Assembly (NCBI GenBank): GCA_022826825.1 | Contig: JAJDUD010000024.1 | Location: 163,084-227,083 of the forward strand | Source: Acidobacteriota bacterium | Lineage (GTDB): Bacteria; Acidobacteriota; Vicinamibacteria; Marinacidobacterales; Marinacidobacteraceae | DNA length: 64,000 nucleotides | Direction: 5' to 3' | In this document: one piece after another, positions 9,049 through 17,838 of the stretch | Layout of the letters: each line of letters starts with the position of its first letter | Numbering within the stretch: the first letter of the stretch is position 1 | The notes under the pieces: model-generated | Told to the model about the DNA's origin: nothing | The model's database searches: none | The model's input: the letters and a program-made list of their open reading frames with translations, nothing else | Program-made: the position numbers and the translations under genes

Positions 9049-9954
9049 ATGACGACCGCGACCCTGGCGCCGGCGGCGGCCGGCCTCGGGCCCCCCAGCA
9101 TGTGCGGGAAGCTCGTGCGGTCGCTCCTGATCGGCCCGCGCGCCGTGGGCTGGCACCCGGGCGCGCCTTGGCGGGAGCTCGGCTACCTCCATCCCCCTGA
9201 GGAGGAGTTGGCGGCGCGGCAGCACGAGCGGATCCGGTCGGTGCTGCTCGGGTTCGGGGTGGAACTGGTGGAGCCGGACGCGTCCCTTCCGGGGCTGACG
9301 CCCGACGCCGTCTACTGCCACGACGCCTCGTTCCCGTCCCCGAGGGGCATGATCCTCATGCGGATGGGCAAGGAGAGCCGGAGCGGGGAACCCGCGGCGC
9401 ACGCCCGGATCTACGAAGGGCAGGGGATCCCGGTCATCGGCGCCGTCGAACCGCCCGGGCTCGCCGAGGGCGGCGACCTCGTGTGGCTCGACGAGCGCAC
9501 CCTGCTCGCGGGAGAGGGGTACCGCACGAACGCCGCGGGCATCGCCCAACTGGGCGCCATCCTCGCGGAGGACGGGGTGGAGGTCCTCCCCGCGCCCCTG
9601 CCGTTCGGCGAGGGGCCGCACTGCTGCCTCCACCTGATGTCGCTGATCAGCGTGCTCGACCGCCGGACGATGGTGGCCGACCTGCGGTTCCTCGGCGTGC
9701 CCACGGTCGAGATGCTGAAGGAGCGGGGATTCGGCTTCGTCCCCATCGTGGAGGCGGAACGGGGCACGATGGCGGCGAACGTGCTGGCGCTGGGCGGACG
9801 GACGCTCCTCGCCATCGCCGCCAACCGCGGGACGAACGCCCGGCTGCGGGACGCCGGATTCGAGGTGCTGACCTACGAGGGCGGGGAGATCAGCCAGAAC
9901 GGCTCGGGAGGCCCCACCTGCCTGACCCGGCCGCTGGTCCGGGAAACGGCATGA
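9049..9954 (+). CDS. dimethylarginine dimethylaminohydrolase / amidinotransferase superfamily protein
   Basis: 301 aa. Pentein-fold features, including the C-terminal nucleophile context GGPTCLTRPL and the mid-protein HLMSL segment. Confidence 0.7.
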   Translation: MTTATLAPAAAGLGPPSMCGKLVRSLLIGPRAVGWHPGAPWRELGYLHPPEEELAARQHERIRSVLLGFGVELVEPDASLPGLTPDAVYCHDASFPSPRGMILMRMGKESRSGEPAAHARIYEGQGIPVIGAVEPPGLAEGGDLVWLDERTLLAGEGYRTNAAGIAQLGAILAEDGVEVLPAPLPFGEGPHCCLHLMSLISVLDRRTMVADLRFLGVPTVEMLKERGFGFVPIVEAERGTMAANVLALGGRTLLAIAANRGTNARLRDAGFEVLTYEGGEISQNGSGGPTCLTRPLVRETA

Positions 9955-10226
9955 ACCCCAGGATCCGGCGGATCGGCTGGCTCGTCTTCGGGCTCTTCGC
10001 CCTGCTGGTCGTCTTCCTCGTGTACTCCACGCTGACGATGGGCCAGTCGCGCTGCGAAGTCACCATGGAGATGGCGGGCCGCGAGGCCACGGTGACCGCC
10101 CAGGGCGCCACCGAGGCCGACGCGATCCGCGCCGCGATCACCGGGGCGTGCGCCCGGATTGCGGACGGCCGGACGGCGAACATTCTCTGTCTGGATACGC
10201 CGCCCCGCGCGGTCCGCTGCGAGTAG
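9951..10226 (+). CDS. small membrane-anchored hypothetical protein
   Basis: The ATG at 9951 overlaps the stop of the previous gene (ATGA). It encodes MNPRIRRIGWLVFGLFALLVVFLVY (TM helix) followed by a Cys-containing domain. G/C-rich third positions. Confidence 0.55.
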   Translation: MNPRIRRIGWLVFGLFALLVVFLVYSTLTMGQSRCEVTMEMAGREATVTAQGATEADAIRAAITGACARIADGRTANILCLDTPPRAVRCE

Positions 10227-10698
10227 AACGCAGGCTATCGAGGGTTCCGTCCGGACGGACGAGGAACGCGTCGGTCCGCCGCCCCTGGAGGCGCGCGACG
10301 GCGAAGCGGTAGCGGCGCGCCCGCGCCTCCGCGCCGCGGTCGCCGGCCGGGGCCATGACCAGCACCGCCGCCGTTCCGTCGGCGCGCAGCACCACGCTCG
10401 GCACCAGCACCGAGAACGGCTCGCCCTTCCGGTCGCGGAGGGCGATGCGCAGGTTGCTGCGCAGATCCCCCCGGAGCCGGTCGTCGCGCTCCATCCGGGA
10501 ACGGGCGGCGCGGGCGAGGGCGAGCGCTTCGTCCGCGACCCGGCGCCGCGTTTCGGCGGTGGGCGCGAGCCGCGGGTCCAGCAGCCGGAGCGCGGTCTCC
10601 CGATCCGGCATTTTCCGGTCGGGCGACTCCCGCCGGACGGCGCGTTCGAGCAGGCGATGGGCGAGCCGCCGGGTGGCGGCGACCGGCCCGGCGCTCAC
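10138..10698 (-). CDS. hypothetical protein downstream of the nuclease-helicase gene
   Basis: Track ORF 10138..10743. A GTG at 10698 overlaps the helicase stop codon (GTGA), suggesting coupling. No motif recognised. The last roughly 30 codons overlap the convergent gene 9951..10226 and have poorer GC3. Confidence 0.5.
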   Translation of the reverse strand: MSAGPVAATRRLAHRLLERAVRRESPDRKMPDRETALRLLDPRLAPTAETRRRVADEALALARAARSRMERDDRLRGDLRSNLRIALRDRKGEPFSVLVPSVVLRADGTAAVLVMAPAGDRGAEARARRYRFAVARLQGRRTDAFLVRPDGTLDSLRSTRSGPRGAAYPDRECSPSGRPQSGRTPR

Positions 10699-13600
10699 GC
10701 GGGGTCCGGCGACGGCAGCACGGCCAGCCGGTGCCGCTTCCACTCGATCTCGCGGAGTTCACCCGCGGGTTCCCGGGCGGTGGGCGCGATGGTCCTCCAG
10801 AGGTCATCGGGGAGGAACCGCGCGAGGCCCTGCGGCTTGTACGGCGCCCCGCGGGTCGTGAACTTCGTGGTCGCCGCCAGCGTCAGTCCCCGCTTCGCGC
10901 GGGTCATCCCGACATAGAGACAGCGGCGTTCTTCCGCCGCGCTCCGCCCGCCGTCCCGGATTTCCCAGTCGCGGGAGGCGCTGATGAGCGCGATGCTCCA
11001 GCGGCCGTCGTCGCCTTCCTGGACGCGCAGGCCGCCGCCCGCGCCGCGAGGCTTGCCGTTCAGGTCCACGAGGAACACGTGCTCGTACTCGAGGCCCTTG
11101 GCCGCGTGGATGGTCAGCACCTGGACCGCTCCGGCGGCGCGCAGCGGCGCCTGGGTCGCGTCGTGTCCGCCCCCGGCGGCGGCCTCGAGGTGGTGGGCGG
11201 CGGCCTGGAAGGTGGCGAAGCCGTCCCGCTCCACCCGGCGGAGCAGGTTGAGCGCCCGTTCGAGGTTGGCGGCCTGCTGGCGGCCCGCGAACGGGTCGCC
11301 GGCGTCGTCGGCGCGCGCCCGCCGCAGGTAGCCGGTCTCCGCGAGGATCGCCCGGACCGCGAGCGAGGGAGGGAGCCGCCGCGACAGCGCGATCCAGCGC
11401 GATCCCTGCCGTCCCGCCTCCGCCCACGCCGCCGCGTCCTCCGGCGGAAGGTCCGGCGGGGTCCGGCCGACGCCCCGGAGGCGGTCGCTGAAGGGGGTCG
11501 CCGGCGCGCGGTCCGCGTTCCGCAGAGCCGCGAGCGTGCGGGCCGGCAGCGCGAAGAACCGCGACCGGAGCAGCTCCACCGCGCGGAGATCCGAGGACGG
11601 CCGCGCGAGGAAGCGGCAAAGTGCAGTCAGGTCGCGCACCTCGGACGTCTCGAAGAGCCCGGCGTCCCGGACCAGGTAGGTGGGGTGGCCGAGCCGCTCG
11701 ACCGCCTCGCGGTAGACGGGGAGCCGGGTGCTGGCCCGCGAGAGGATCGCGATCTCGTCGAGCGGCGTCCCGGCGGCGGCGAGTTCGGCGATCCGCGCCG
11801 CCACCCGGCGCGCCGCCTCCTCGTGGTCCTCGGCCACCGCCACCGCGAGGGGAGCGCTCGCGGGGACGCCGTCGGGGTCCGCGTTCTCCTGCAAACGGTC
11901 CTTCTCCTCGTAGCCGAACCGCCAGTCCGACGTGGTCTCGTCCGCCGCGGCCATGGCGGCGGCGACGTCGTTCACGAAGGCGCGGAGCGGCGCGGTGGAG
12001 CGGAAGTTCCATTGGAGCGAGATTCCGGGGTCGGGCCGGGCCGCGAACCGGTGGCGCATCCAGGCGGCGGTGCGCTGCACGAGCTCCACGCGGGCGTTCC
12101 GGAACCGGTAGATGGACTGCTTTTGGTCCCCGACCACGAAGAGGGTGGGTTCCCGGAGCCTTCCTCCGGTCACCCGCCGCACCTCTTCGGCGGCGAGTCC
12201 CTCGCCCTCGGTCCAGGGCTTCGCGATGGCCCGGAGCAGGTCCCACTGGGGGTCGCTGGTGTCCTGGAACTCGTCGAGGAGCAGGTGGTGGTAGCGGGCC
12301 TCCAGCCGGAAGCGGCTCTCGGCGAACTCTCCGGTGTTCTTCAGGAGGCGGGTCGCCGCCAGGGTGAGATCGTCGAAGTCCATCACCCCGCGGTCTTCCT
12401 TCAGGGCGTCGTACTCGGTCTCCACCGCGCGGAGCAGCGCCCAGACGGGAGCGAAGGTGCGTCCGTTCAGCGATTCCAGCCAGGCGCCGTTGAACGCGCG
12501 CAGCGCCTCCTTGACCTGCTGGTATTCGGGGAGGACGTCCGCCAGAAGGTCTTTGGCGCCCTTGGGGTAGGTCTTGAGGTCGGGCCGGAACCAGGCGACC
12601 AGGGACTCGCGGTCGAGCGCGTCGGCGGACCCGGGCTGCGCCGCGAGGCGGAGCGCGAGCCGGACGGGGAGGGGGACCGGCCCCCGGGTGCCGGCGAGGA
12701 AGCGGTGGACCCCGTCCGCCAGCGGAAGCAGTCCGTCCCGGAGCGCCGGCCGGGCCGCCGGCGGCCGGCCGGTGAGCCGCTCGGCCTCGCTCGCGAAGGT
12801 GGCGCGCCAGGTCAGCCGGTTGTCGAGGTAGGTCTTCGCGAGCTCGTCGAGCCGGGCCAGACTCTTCCCCAGCAGGGGGAGTTCGGCCAGCGTCCGGCGG
12901 TCGAATCCCGTCGCGCCGGTGAGGACCCGCTCGATCGCCTCCTGCTGCACCACCGGCATCGCCCGTTCGTCGAGCACCTCGACGCCCGGCGCGACCCCCG
13001 CGTCGAGGGGGAACTCGCGGATCAGGCCGAGGTTGAAGGCGTCGAGCGTGGAGACCGCGACGTCGGCGAGGCCGGGGTCTCGCTCGAACTCCGCGCTCTG
13101 GAGCCCCCGGAGGATCCGGTCCTTCATCTCCGCCGCCGCCTTCCGGGTGAAGGTGAGCGCGAGGATGTTCCGGGGCGGGACGCCCGCCCCCACGAGGTTC
13201 CGGTAGCGCTGGGTGAGGACGGTCGTCTTGCCCGTCCCCGCCGAGGCGCGGAGCACCACGTGGCGCCTGGGGTCGGCGGCGGCCTCGCGTTGCGCCTGGT
13301 CCGCGGGGGCATGTTTCGTGGCCGGCGGGCGGGACGGGGACGGGGGCGCGGACGCCGCGGGCGGGCGCGCCGGGACGGGTTCCACCGCGCCTTCCGGGAG
13401 GTCCGGGCGGATGGCGAGCGGCCAGTCGAAGGGCTTGATCGCCTTCGGGTCGGCGGGAACCGGGAACGCGCCGTCGGCGAGGCCGTCCCGGACCGACCGG
13501 ATGCGCTCGTCGAGTTCCTCCGGCCGGTCGGGCACGCCCCACACCCGGTCGCGGAAGAAGGGGACCGCCGCCTCGGCAGGCGCCCCCGCGCCTGCGCCCG

Positions 13601-16244
13601 CCAGGCGGGCGTAGAGCCGCGCCTGCAGGAAGGCGTCGTCCTGACCGGCCGACGACCCGGACTTGTATTCGAGTACCCGCCGGCGGCCGTCCGGCAGGGC
13701 GTCCACCCGGTCCACCACCCCCCGGACCCGCAGCGCGGGGAGGTCGTCCGCCGCCGGTTCCACCGTCCCTTCGAGCGTCTCCTCGATCGCCACCGGCGCG
13801 CCCGGTCCGCGGTCGGCCTCTTCGCGGAGGAACCAGACGAGCGCCGCGGGGTGGGAATCGCCCCCGAAGAGCCAGAACTCTTCGGCCTCCCGGACCTCGG
13901 GAGTGAGCCCCGGATCGTCGAGCGCCCGGTAGCGCTCGCGGAAGAACGCGAGGGCGGCGTCCAGGTTCGCCTCGGAGACCGGGCCGTGTTCCGCGCAGAA
14001 CGCGGGGGCCGCCTCCTGCAGCAGTCGGTGGAGCCGGGCGCCGCGCGCGGTCCGCGAGCCGGTGTCGGTGAGCGGCCGCTCCTCCCGCAGCCGGAGTACC
14101 CGCTCGAGGAAGAACTGCGCCGGGTTCCGGGCGTAGAGGACGAGCGCCGAGGGCGAGAGCGGGCGGGCGGCGAGGTCCACCGCGCCCGGCGCCCGGCGTT
14201 CGAGGCCCCGGGGCAGGGGCGGGGCGCCGCCCCCGGCCTCGTCGGGAACCTCTGCCGGGATGGCTTCGTTCGGGTTCCGCCGGAGCCGCTCCCCGAGCGC
14301 GGTGAAGAGCGGCGAAGCGCCGGCGGGGAACCCGTCCTCGAGTTCCGCCCGGACGAACCCGGCCGACTGCCGGGCGAGGGTCGCGAAGCTGCCGAGCAGG
14401 CGGGCTTCCCGGCGGCGGGCATCGCCGGAGCGCGCGCGGGTGGCGCGTTCGAGAACGCGCGTGGGGAAGAAGACGTTGCCCGGCCGGGGACCGGGCCAGT
14501 CGGCGTCCCCGACCCCGAGCAGGATGAGGCAGTCGTAGTCCCCGAACGGGGCGTCCTCGGCGGCGATCAGGTGGACGCCGGCCCGGCCCGGATGGCGGTT
14601 GGTGGTCTGACGGCGGAGCTGGCGGCGCACCCGGTCGCGAAAGCGCGCCGCATCCCCGACGGGAGTCTGCGGGAGCGCCGGGCCCCCCGCCTGGGCGAGC
14701 GCCCGGAGCGCCGCGTCGTCCGGGGGTTCGGAGAAACGGGCGGCCGCGAACGCGGCGAAGCAGCGGACCGCGTCCCGGAACGGGGTACGCCCGTCCCGGA
14801 TGGGCGCGAGCTCCCGGGCGTAGGCGGCGAGGCGCTCCACCACCACCGCCGTCTGCCGGAGTTCGCGGGCGGCGCGCTCGTCGCGCGCGCGTTCGCCGCT
14901 GCCGGCGGCGTCCCGCGCCGCGGCGAGGCGGTCCTCCGCGAGCCGCCCCACCGTCGCCGCCAGCGCCCCGAGGTCCTCCGGGTCGTGGGTGTTCGCGATC
15001 CCGGCGTCGGCGAGGCTCGCTTCGGCGGTGTCGGCGAGGGGGCCCGGAGCGCGGGGGAGCCGGTCGTCCTCGAAGAAGGGGCTGCGGAGCAGGGCGATGC
15101 CGAGCGAGAGGCGTCCGGGACGCTCGGCGAAGGCGAGGGCGTCGTCGAGCCCGGCCGGCCACGGCTCCTCGGCGAGCGACGGCTGGAGCCGGGTCTGGAA
15201 CGGGATGCCGGCCTCGGTCAGGCGGGCGGCCAGGGCGTCGAGGTAGGCGGCGGGCCGCCGCGCGGCGACGGCGCAGCGCTCGAAGCCGCCGAACGCCAAC
15301 CCGGAGACCCGGTGATGGGTCCGCAGCAGCTCGACCGCCGCCCGCGCCTCTTCGCCCCGGTCGGTCCGGCGGAAGAGAAACGGCTCGCCGGCCGCCGCGT
15401 CCACGCCCGATGGCTGGAAGAGGCGCGGCGGGGCGGTGGCCGGGGTCTCCACGGTCTCCTCCTCGGCGGTCCAGCCGCGGGGAAGCGCCGGGGAGGGGTC
15501 CCCGGTGAGGAGGAGGAAGTGCAGGTTCCCCGGAGGCGCCAGCGCGCCGAAGAGCTGGTGATCGCTGACGCCGCCGGCCTGGCCGCCGACGACCCGGACC
15601 TCGGACCACGGCGCCGCCGGGGGCGCGGCCAGCAGCCGCCGCCGCGCGAGGTCGAGGTCCAGCGTGTCCGAGGCGTCGAGCTGGCCGGCATAGTTCCGGA
15701 GGACCCGTTCCAGCCACGCCGTGAGCCGCAGCAGCCGCGCGGCCCCGTCGTCGAGCCCCTCGGTTTCTCCGAAGGTCCGCGAGGCGCGCGCGATCAGCGC
15801 CTCGAAGGCCGGACGTTCGGGGTCCGCGGCCCGGTCGCGCGCCTGCTCGTCGAGCAGCCGGAGGAGCGGCCCGGAGAGCCGCAGCGGGTTGCCCGAGGGC
15901 GCGCCCTCCGCAGGCGCCGCGTCGAGCAGCGCGTTCTCCATCATCAGCGAGCGCGCGAGCGGGGTGGCGAGCGTTCCCGGCGGGTCGGCGCGCTGCAGGA
16001 GGTCGGCGACGGCGAGGGCCGGGGTGCGGACCGCCGGCAGTTCCACCGCTGCTTTCGGGCCGGCGAGCAGGCGCTGCCGGATCGCGTCCTCGAGCGCGGC
16101 GCGCGCCCCGTCCGTCCCGGTGAGGATCAGGAGACGCCCGGGGTCTCGCCGGGCTTCTTCGGCGACGTGCGCCCGCAGCGCGCGCCAGTCGGGGAACCGG
16201 CGAATCCTGACCCGGGGCGCCGCCGGTTCCGGGGAGGAGTCCAT
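10695..16244 (-). CDS. fused PD-(D/E)XK nuclease (AddB-like) / UvrD-family helicase (AddA-like) protein, about 1849 aa
   Basis: Track ORF 10695..16493. The ATG at 16244 (MDSSPEPAAPRVRIRRF) is the likely start. Nuclease motif VVDRVD...VLEYKSG...QARLY near 13.66-13.74 kb. Walker A ASAGTGKTT near 13.24 kb. Helicase motif VI LYVGMTRAKRGL near the C-terminus. There is no stop or obvious start between the two halves. Confidence 0.75.
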   Translation of the reverse strand: MDSSPEPAAPRVRIRRFPDWRALRAHVAEEARRDPGRLLILTGTDGARAALEDAIRQRLLAGPKAAVELPAVRTPALAVADLLQRADPPGTLATPLARSLMMENALLDAAPAEGAPSGNPLRLSGPLLRLLDEQARDRAADPERPAFEALIARASRTFGETEGLDDGAARLLRLTAWLERVLRNYAGQLDASDTLDLDLARRRLLAAPPAAPWSEVRVVGGQAGGVSDHQLFGALAPPGNLHFLLLTGDPSPALPRGWTAEEETVETPATAPPRLFQPSGVDAAAGEPFLFRRTDRGEEARAAVELLRTHHRVSGLAFGGFERCAVAARRPAAYLDALAARLTEAGIPFQTRLQPSLAEEPWPAGLDDALAFAERPGRLSLGIALLRSPFFEDDRLPRAPGPLADTAEASLADAGIANTHDPEDLGALAATVGRLAEDRLAAARDAAGSGERARDERAARELRQTAVVVERLAAYARELAPIRDGRTPFRDAVRCFAAFAAARFSEPPDDAALRALAQAGGPALPQTPVGDAARFRDRVRRQLRRQTTNRHPGRAGVHLIAAEDAPFGDYDCLILLGVGDADWPGPRPGNVFFPTRVLERATRARSGDARRREARLLGSFATLARQSAGFVRAELEDGFPAGASPLFTALGERLRRNPNEAIPAEVPDEAGGGAPPLPRGLERRAPGAVDLAARPLSPSALVLYARNPAQFFLERVLRLREERPLTDTGSRTARGARLHRLLQEAAPAFCAEHGPVSEANLDAALAFFRERYRALDDPGLTPEVREAEEFWLFGGDSHPAALVWFLREEADRGPGAPVAIEETLEGTVEPAADDLPALRVRGVVDRVDALPDGRRRVLEYKSGSSAGQDDAFLQARLYARLAGAGAGAPAEAAVPFFRDRVWGVPDRPEELDERIRSVRDGLADGAFPVPADPKAIKPFDWPLAIRPDLPEGAVEPVPARPPAASAPPSPSRPPATKHAPADQAQREAAADPRRHVVLRASAGTGKTTVLTQRYRNLVGAGVPPRNILALTFTRKAAAEMKDRILRGLQSAEFERDPGLADVAVSTLDAFNLGLIREFPLDAGVAPGVEVLDERAMPVVQQEAIERVLTGATGFDRRTLAELPLLGKSLARLDELAKTYLDNRLTWRATFASEAERLTGRPPAARPALRDGLLPLADGVHRFLAGTRGPVPLPVRLALRLAAQPGSADALDRESLVAWFRPDLKTYPKGAKDLLADVLPEYQQVKEALRAFNGAWLESLNGRTFAPVWALLRAVETEYDALKEDRGVMDFDDLTLAATRLLKNTGEFAESRFRLEARYHHLLLDEFQDTSDPQWDLLRAIAKPWTEGEGLAAEEVRRVTGGRLREPTLFVVGDQKQSIYRFRNARVELVQRTAAWMRHRFAARPDPGISLQWNFRSTAPLRAFVNDVAAAMAAADETTSDWRFGYEEKDRLQENADPDGVPASAPLAVAVAEDHEEAARRVAARIAELAAAGTPLDEIAILSRASTRLPVYREAVERLGHPTYLVRDAGLFETSEVRDLTALCRFLARPSSDLRAVELLRSRFFALPARTLAALRNADRAPATPFSDRLRGVGRTPPDLPPEDAAAWAEAGRQGSRWIALSRRLPPSLAVRAILAETGYLRRARADDAGDPFAGRQQAANLERALNLLRRVERDGFATFQAAAHHLEAAAGGGHDATQAPLRAAGAVQVLTIHAAKGLEYEHVFLVDLNGKPRGAGGGLRVQEGDDGRWSIALISASRDWEIRDGGRSAAEERRCLYVGMTRAKRGLTLAATTKFTTRGAPYKPQGLARFLPDDLWRTIAPTAREPAGELREIEWKRHRLAVLPSPDPA

Positions 16245-16422
16245 CGAGCCCCGATGATACGAGCGGCGCACGTCATTTCCCGTCGCTGCCGGAGCTCCCC
16301 TCGATGCCGGGGCGTCGCCGCGGAGCTCTCTTCGATACCAGCGGGTGGTGAATTGGGGTGAGCGCCGAGAGTGGATTGGTTCCGCTGCGCTTGACGGCGT
16401 CGAGGTCGTTCCGCGTTCTTGT

Positions 16423-16912
16423 TCAGGCAGGAACGACGCGTGCTTTGGGGGCAGGATCGCTGGTGAGCACCACCATGCCGGTTCGGCCCTCATAGCGCAT
16501 TGAGAACCAGCGGAGGAACGTCCGCCCGATCAGCGCTCGATGCTCCTGTTGGCCGGCCACGAGATGGACCCCCGCGAAACGTCCGGTGACCGTGAATTCA
16601 AGCGCAGGAACGTGAATCTGCGCGAGGTAGCAGGTCCACGGCGCCGCTTCCGTGAGCGCCGGCGACGGTTGCCTGTTCGACGAGCGGCAAGTTCAGTTCT
16701 TCAGCCAGCGACGAATCAATGCAGCTTTCTTGAGCTCCCGTGTCCACGAGGGCGGGAAACAGTCGGTGACCCAATTCGGGCAGGGCCGCCGCCGACGGGG
16801 CGAACCCCCGATCAAACCCGATCTGGACACCAAGCGTGGGACCCCAGATCGTCAGCAAGTCGGATCCGGTGAGCCCGTCGCGAGCTCGAAAGCCGCAGTC
16901 AGCCGTGAGCAC
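16423..16912 (-). pseudogene. retropepsin-like (clan AA) aspartic protease, apparently frameshifted
   Basis: ORF 16598..16912 carries LVDTGAQES (D-T-G active site) and then ends in ...AVDLLPRADSRSCA*. Shifting one base near 16630 gives a convincing continuation, YLAQIHVPALEFTVTGRFAGVHLVAGQQEHRALIGRTFLRWFSMRYEGRTGMVVLTS..., ending at the TGA at 16423-16425. Confidence 0.55.
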
Positions 16913-17174
16913 GGATCGGCTGGTACAGAACGGACGCGGGCAGCCGAATCGGAGGCGCTCCGATCTGGCGGATCAGATATGGCCCTCGACCGAATCTCTG
17001 CATCGCCTCGTGGGCCGCAGACTCAAAGGTTCCGTACACGCCAATCAATCCTTCCGCCCGCACCACGGCCCACCCCATCGGATGATCGGCCTCGAGTCGA
17101 GAGCGCATGGTCTCGTATGCGGCGATCTCCTTTTCGAGGGCGCCGGTGCGAGTGCGCTTCATGGCTGAGGCCAC
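16899..17174 (-). CDS. small hypothetical protein (DUF5678-like by recollection) paired with the aspartic protease
   Basis: 91 aa. ...HPMGWAVVRAEGLIGVYGTFESAAHEAMQRFGRGPYLIRQIG pattern. It overlaps the protease start by 14 nt. Confidence 0.55.
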   Translation of the reverse strand: MASAMKRTRTGALEKEIAAYETMRSRLEADHPMGWAVVRAEGLIGVYGTFESAAHEAMQRFGRGPYLIRQIGAPPIRLPASVLYQPIRAHG

Positions 17175-17407
17175 TCTAGCAGCCGGTGGAAAAAGTCACG
17201 CGGCATTCCCGAACTACGAGGAATGGAAGTCGCCTGGCGCCCACTTCCGTCCCTCGTGTTGAAGGGGTCTCCGCGGTGCTCGCGCACCGCTCCGGAAGCG
17301 ATCGGGACGGTGCATCCCGCCTGAACCGGGCCGCTTTGCGGCCCTCTGCGTTGCGTCTTGGTCGGAATACACCCGGTATTCCTCCCTCACGCGCCTTGTC
17401 AGCCGGA

Positions 17408-17770
17408 CCCCCACCGGGGGAAACGACCATACCCGTGTCCTCCTACGCACCCCGCTTGTGATGAACATTGCCGAAACGGCTTGGAACGCCGACCTCCGGT
17501 CGGCACAGCGGGCCGAAGGCCCGCGGGCGACGCGCCGCTCGTCGTCTCGGGCGACAGAGGTCCGGGAGCGTCCCCTCCGCCCGGTTGCACCGAGAGAGAG
17601 AACCATCCCGCAGGTCGGCGCCGTGCCGTGCGCTGCGCGGTCGCGCAGCGCGTGCCGACCAGAGGTCGGCGTTCCAAGCCGGCGGCGCCCACAAGACGCT
17701 CGGCCGACCCGCCGGACTGCATTTTCACGGCAACTTGCCGGCGCTCCACTGCCGTGCGCGCTTCGGGCGG
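17408..17770. repeat. Composite MITE/REP-like cluster (module C, full family A copy, module D)
   Basis: Module C at 17408-17469. Family A at 17473-17682, with ends GAAACGGCTTGGAACGCCGACCTCCGGTCGGCAC / GTGCCGACCAGAGGTCGGCGTTCCAAGCC. At 17737-17768, CCGGCGCTCCACTGCCGTGCGCGCTTCGGG is the reverse complement of 23323-23354. Confidence 0.8.
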
Positions 17771-17838
17771 ATTGCCTTCTCACCCCAAACGGGCCGCGTG
17801 CGCGTTGGTAGCATCGGGGCGGCGCGGGCGCGGCGTCC

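Noticed and set aside
8310-9052. Short ORFs inside the repeat cluster (8310..8657, 8391..8600, 8519..8935, 8642..9052, 8758..9036), and analogous ones at 17.2-17.8 kb, 23.1-23.8 kb and 62.4-62.8 kb
   Set aside because: They are generated by palindromic repeat DNA and read similarly on both strands. They recur with the repeats rather than as conserved proteins, and they lack start-site context.
10138-10226. 89-bp convergent overlap between 9951..10226 (+) and 10138..10698 (-) as a regulatory antisense arrangement
   Set aside because: It is more likely a consequence of the minus-strand frame running on to the first available stop in GC-rich DNA. The overlapped minus-strand codons have poor GC3. 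I note it only as an annotation caveat.
10138-16244. Nuclease-helicase plus small downstream gene as a phage-defence system (Gabija- or Hachiman-like)
   Set aside because: The architecture (PD-(D/E)XK plus a full UvrD/Rep helicase with AddA-type motifs) is better explained as a recombination-repair AddAB/AdnAB-type enzyme. There are no other defence hallmarks adjacent.
10731-16361. Very long ORFs (1876 aa on plus; 1637 aa at 10804..15717 on minus) overlapping the nuclease-helicase gene
   Set aside because: Their translations are low-complexity Arg/Gly/Pro/Ala strings with no motifs. They are the antisense and alternative frames of a gene with clear helicase and nuclease motifs. This is a typical artefact of high GC content suppressing stop codons.
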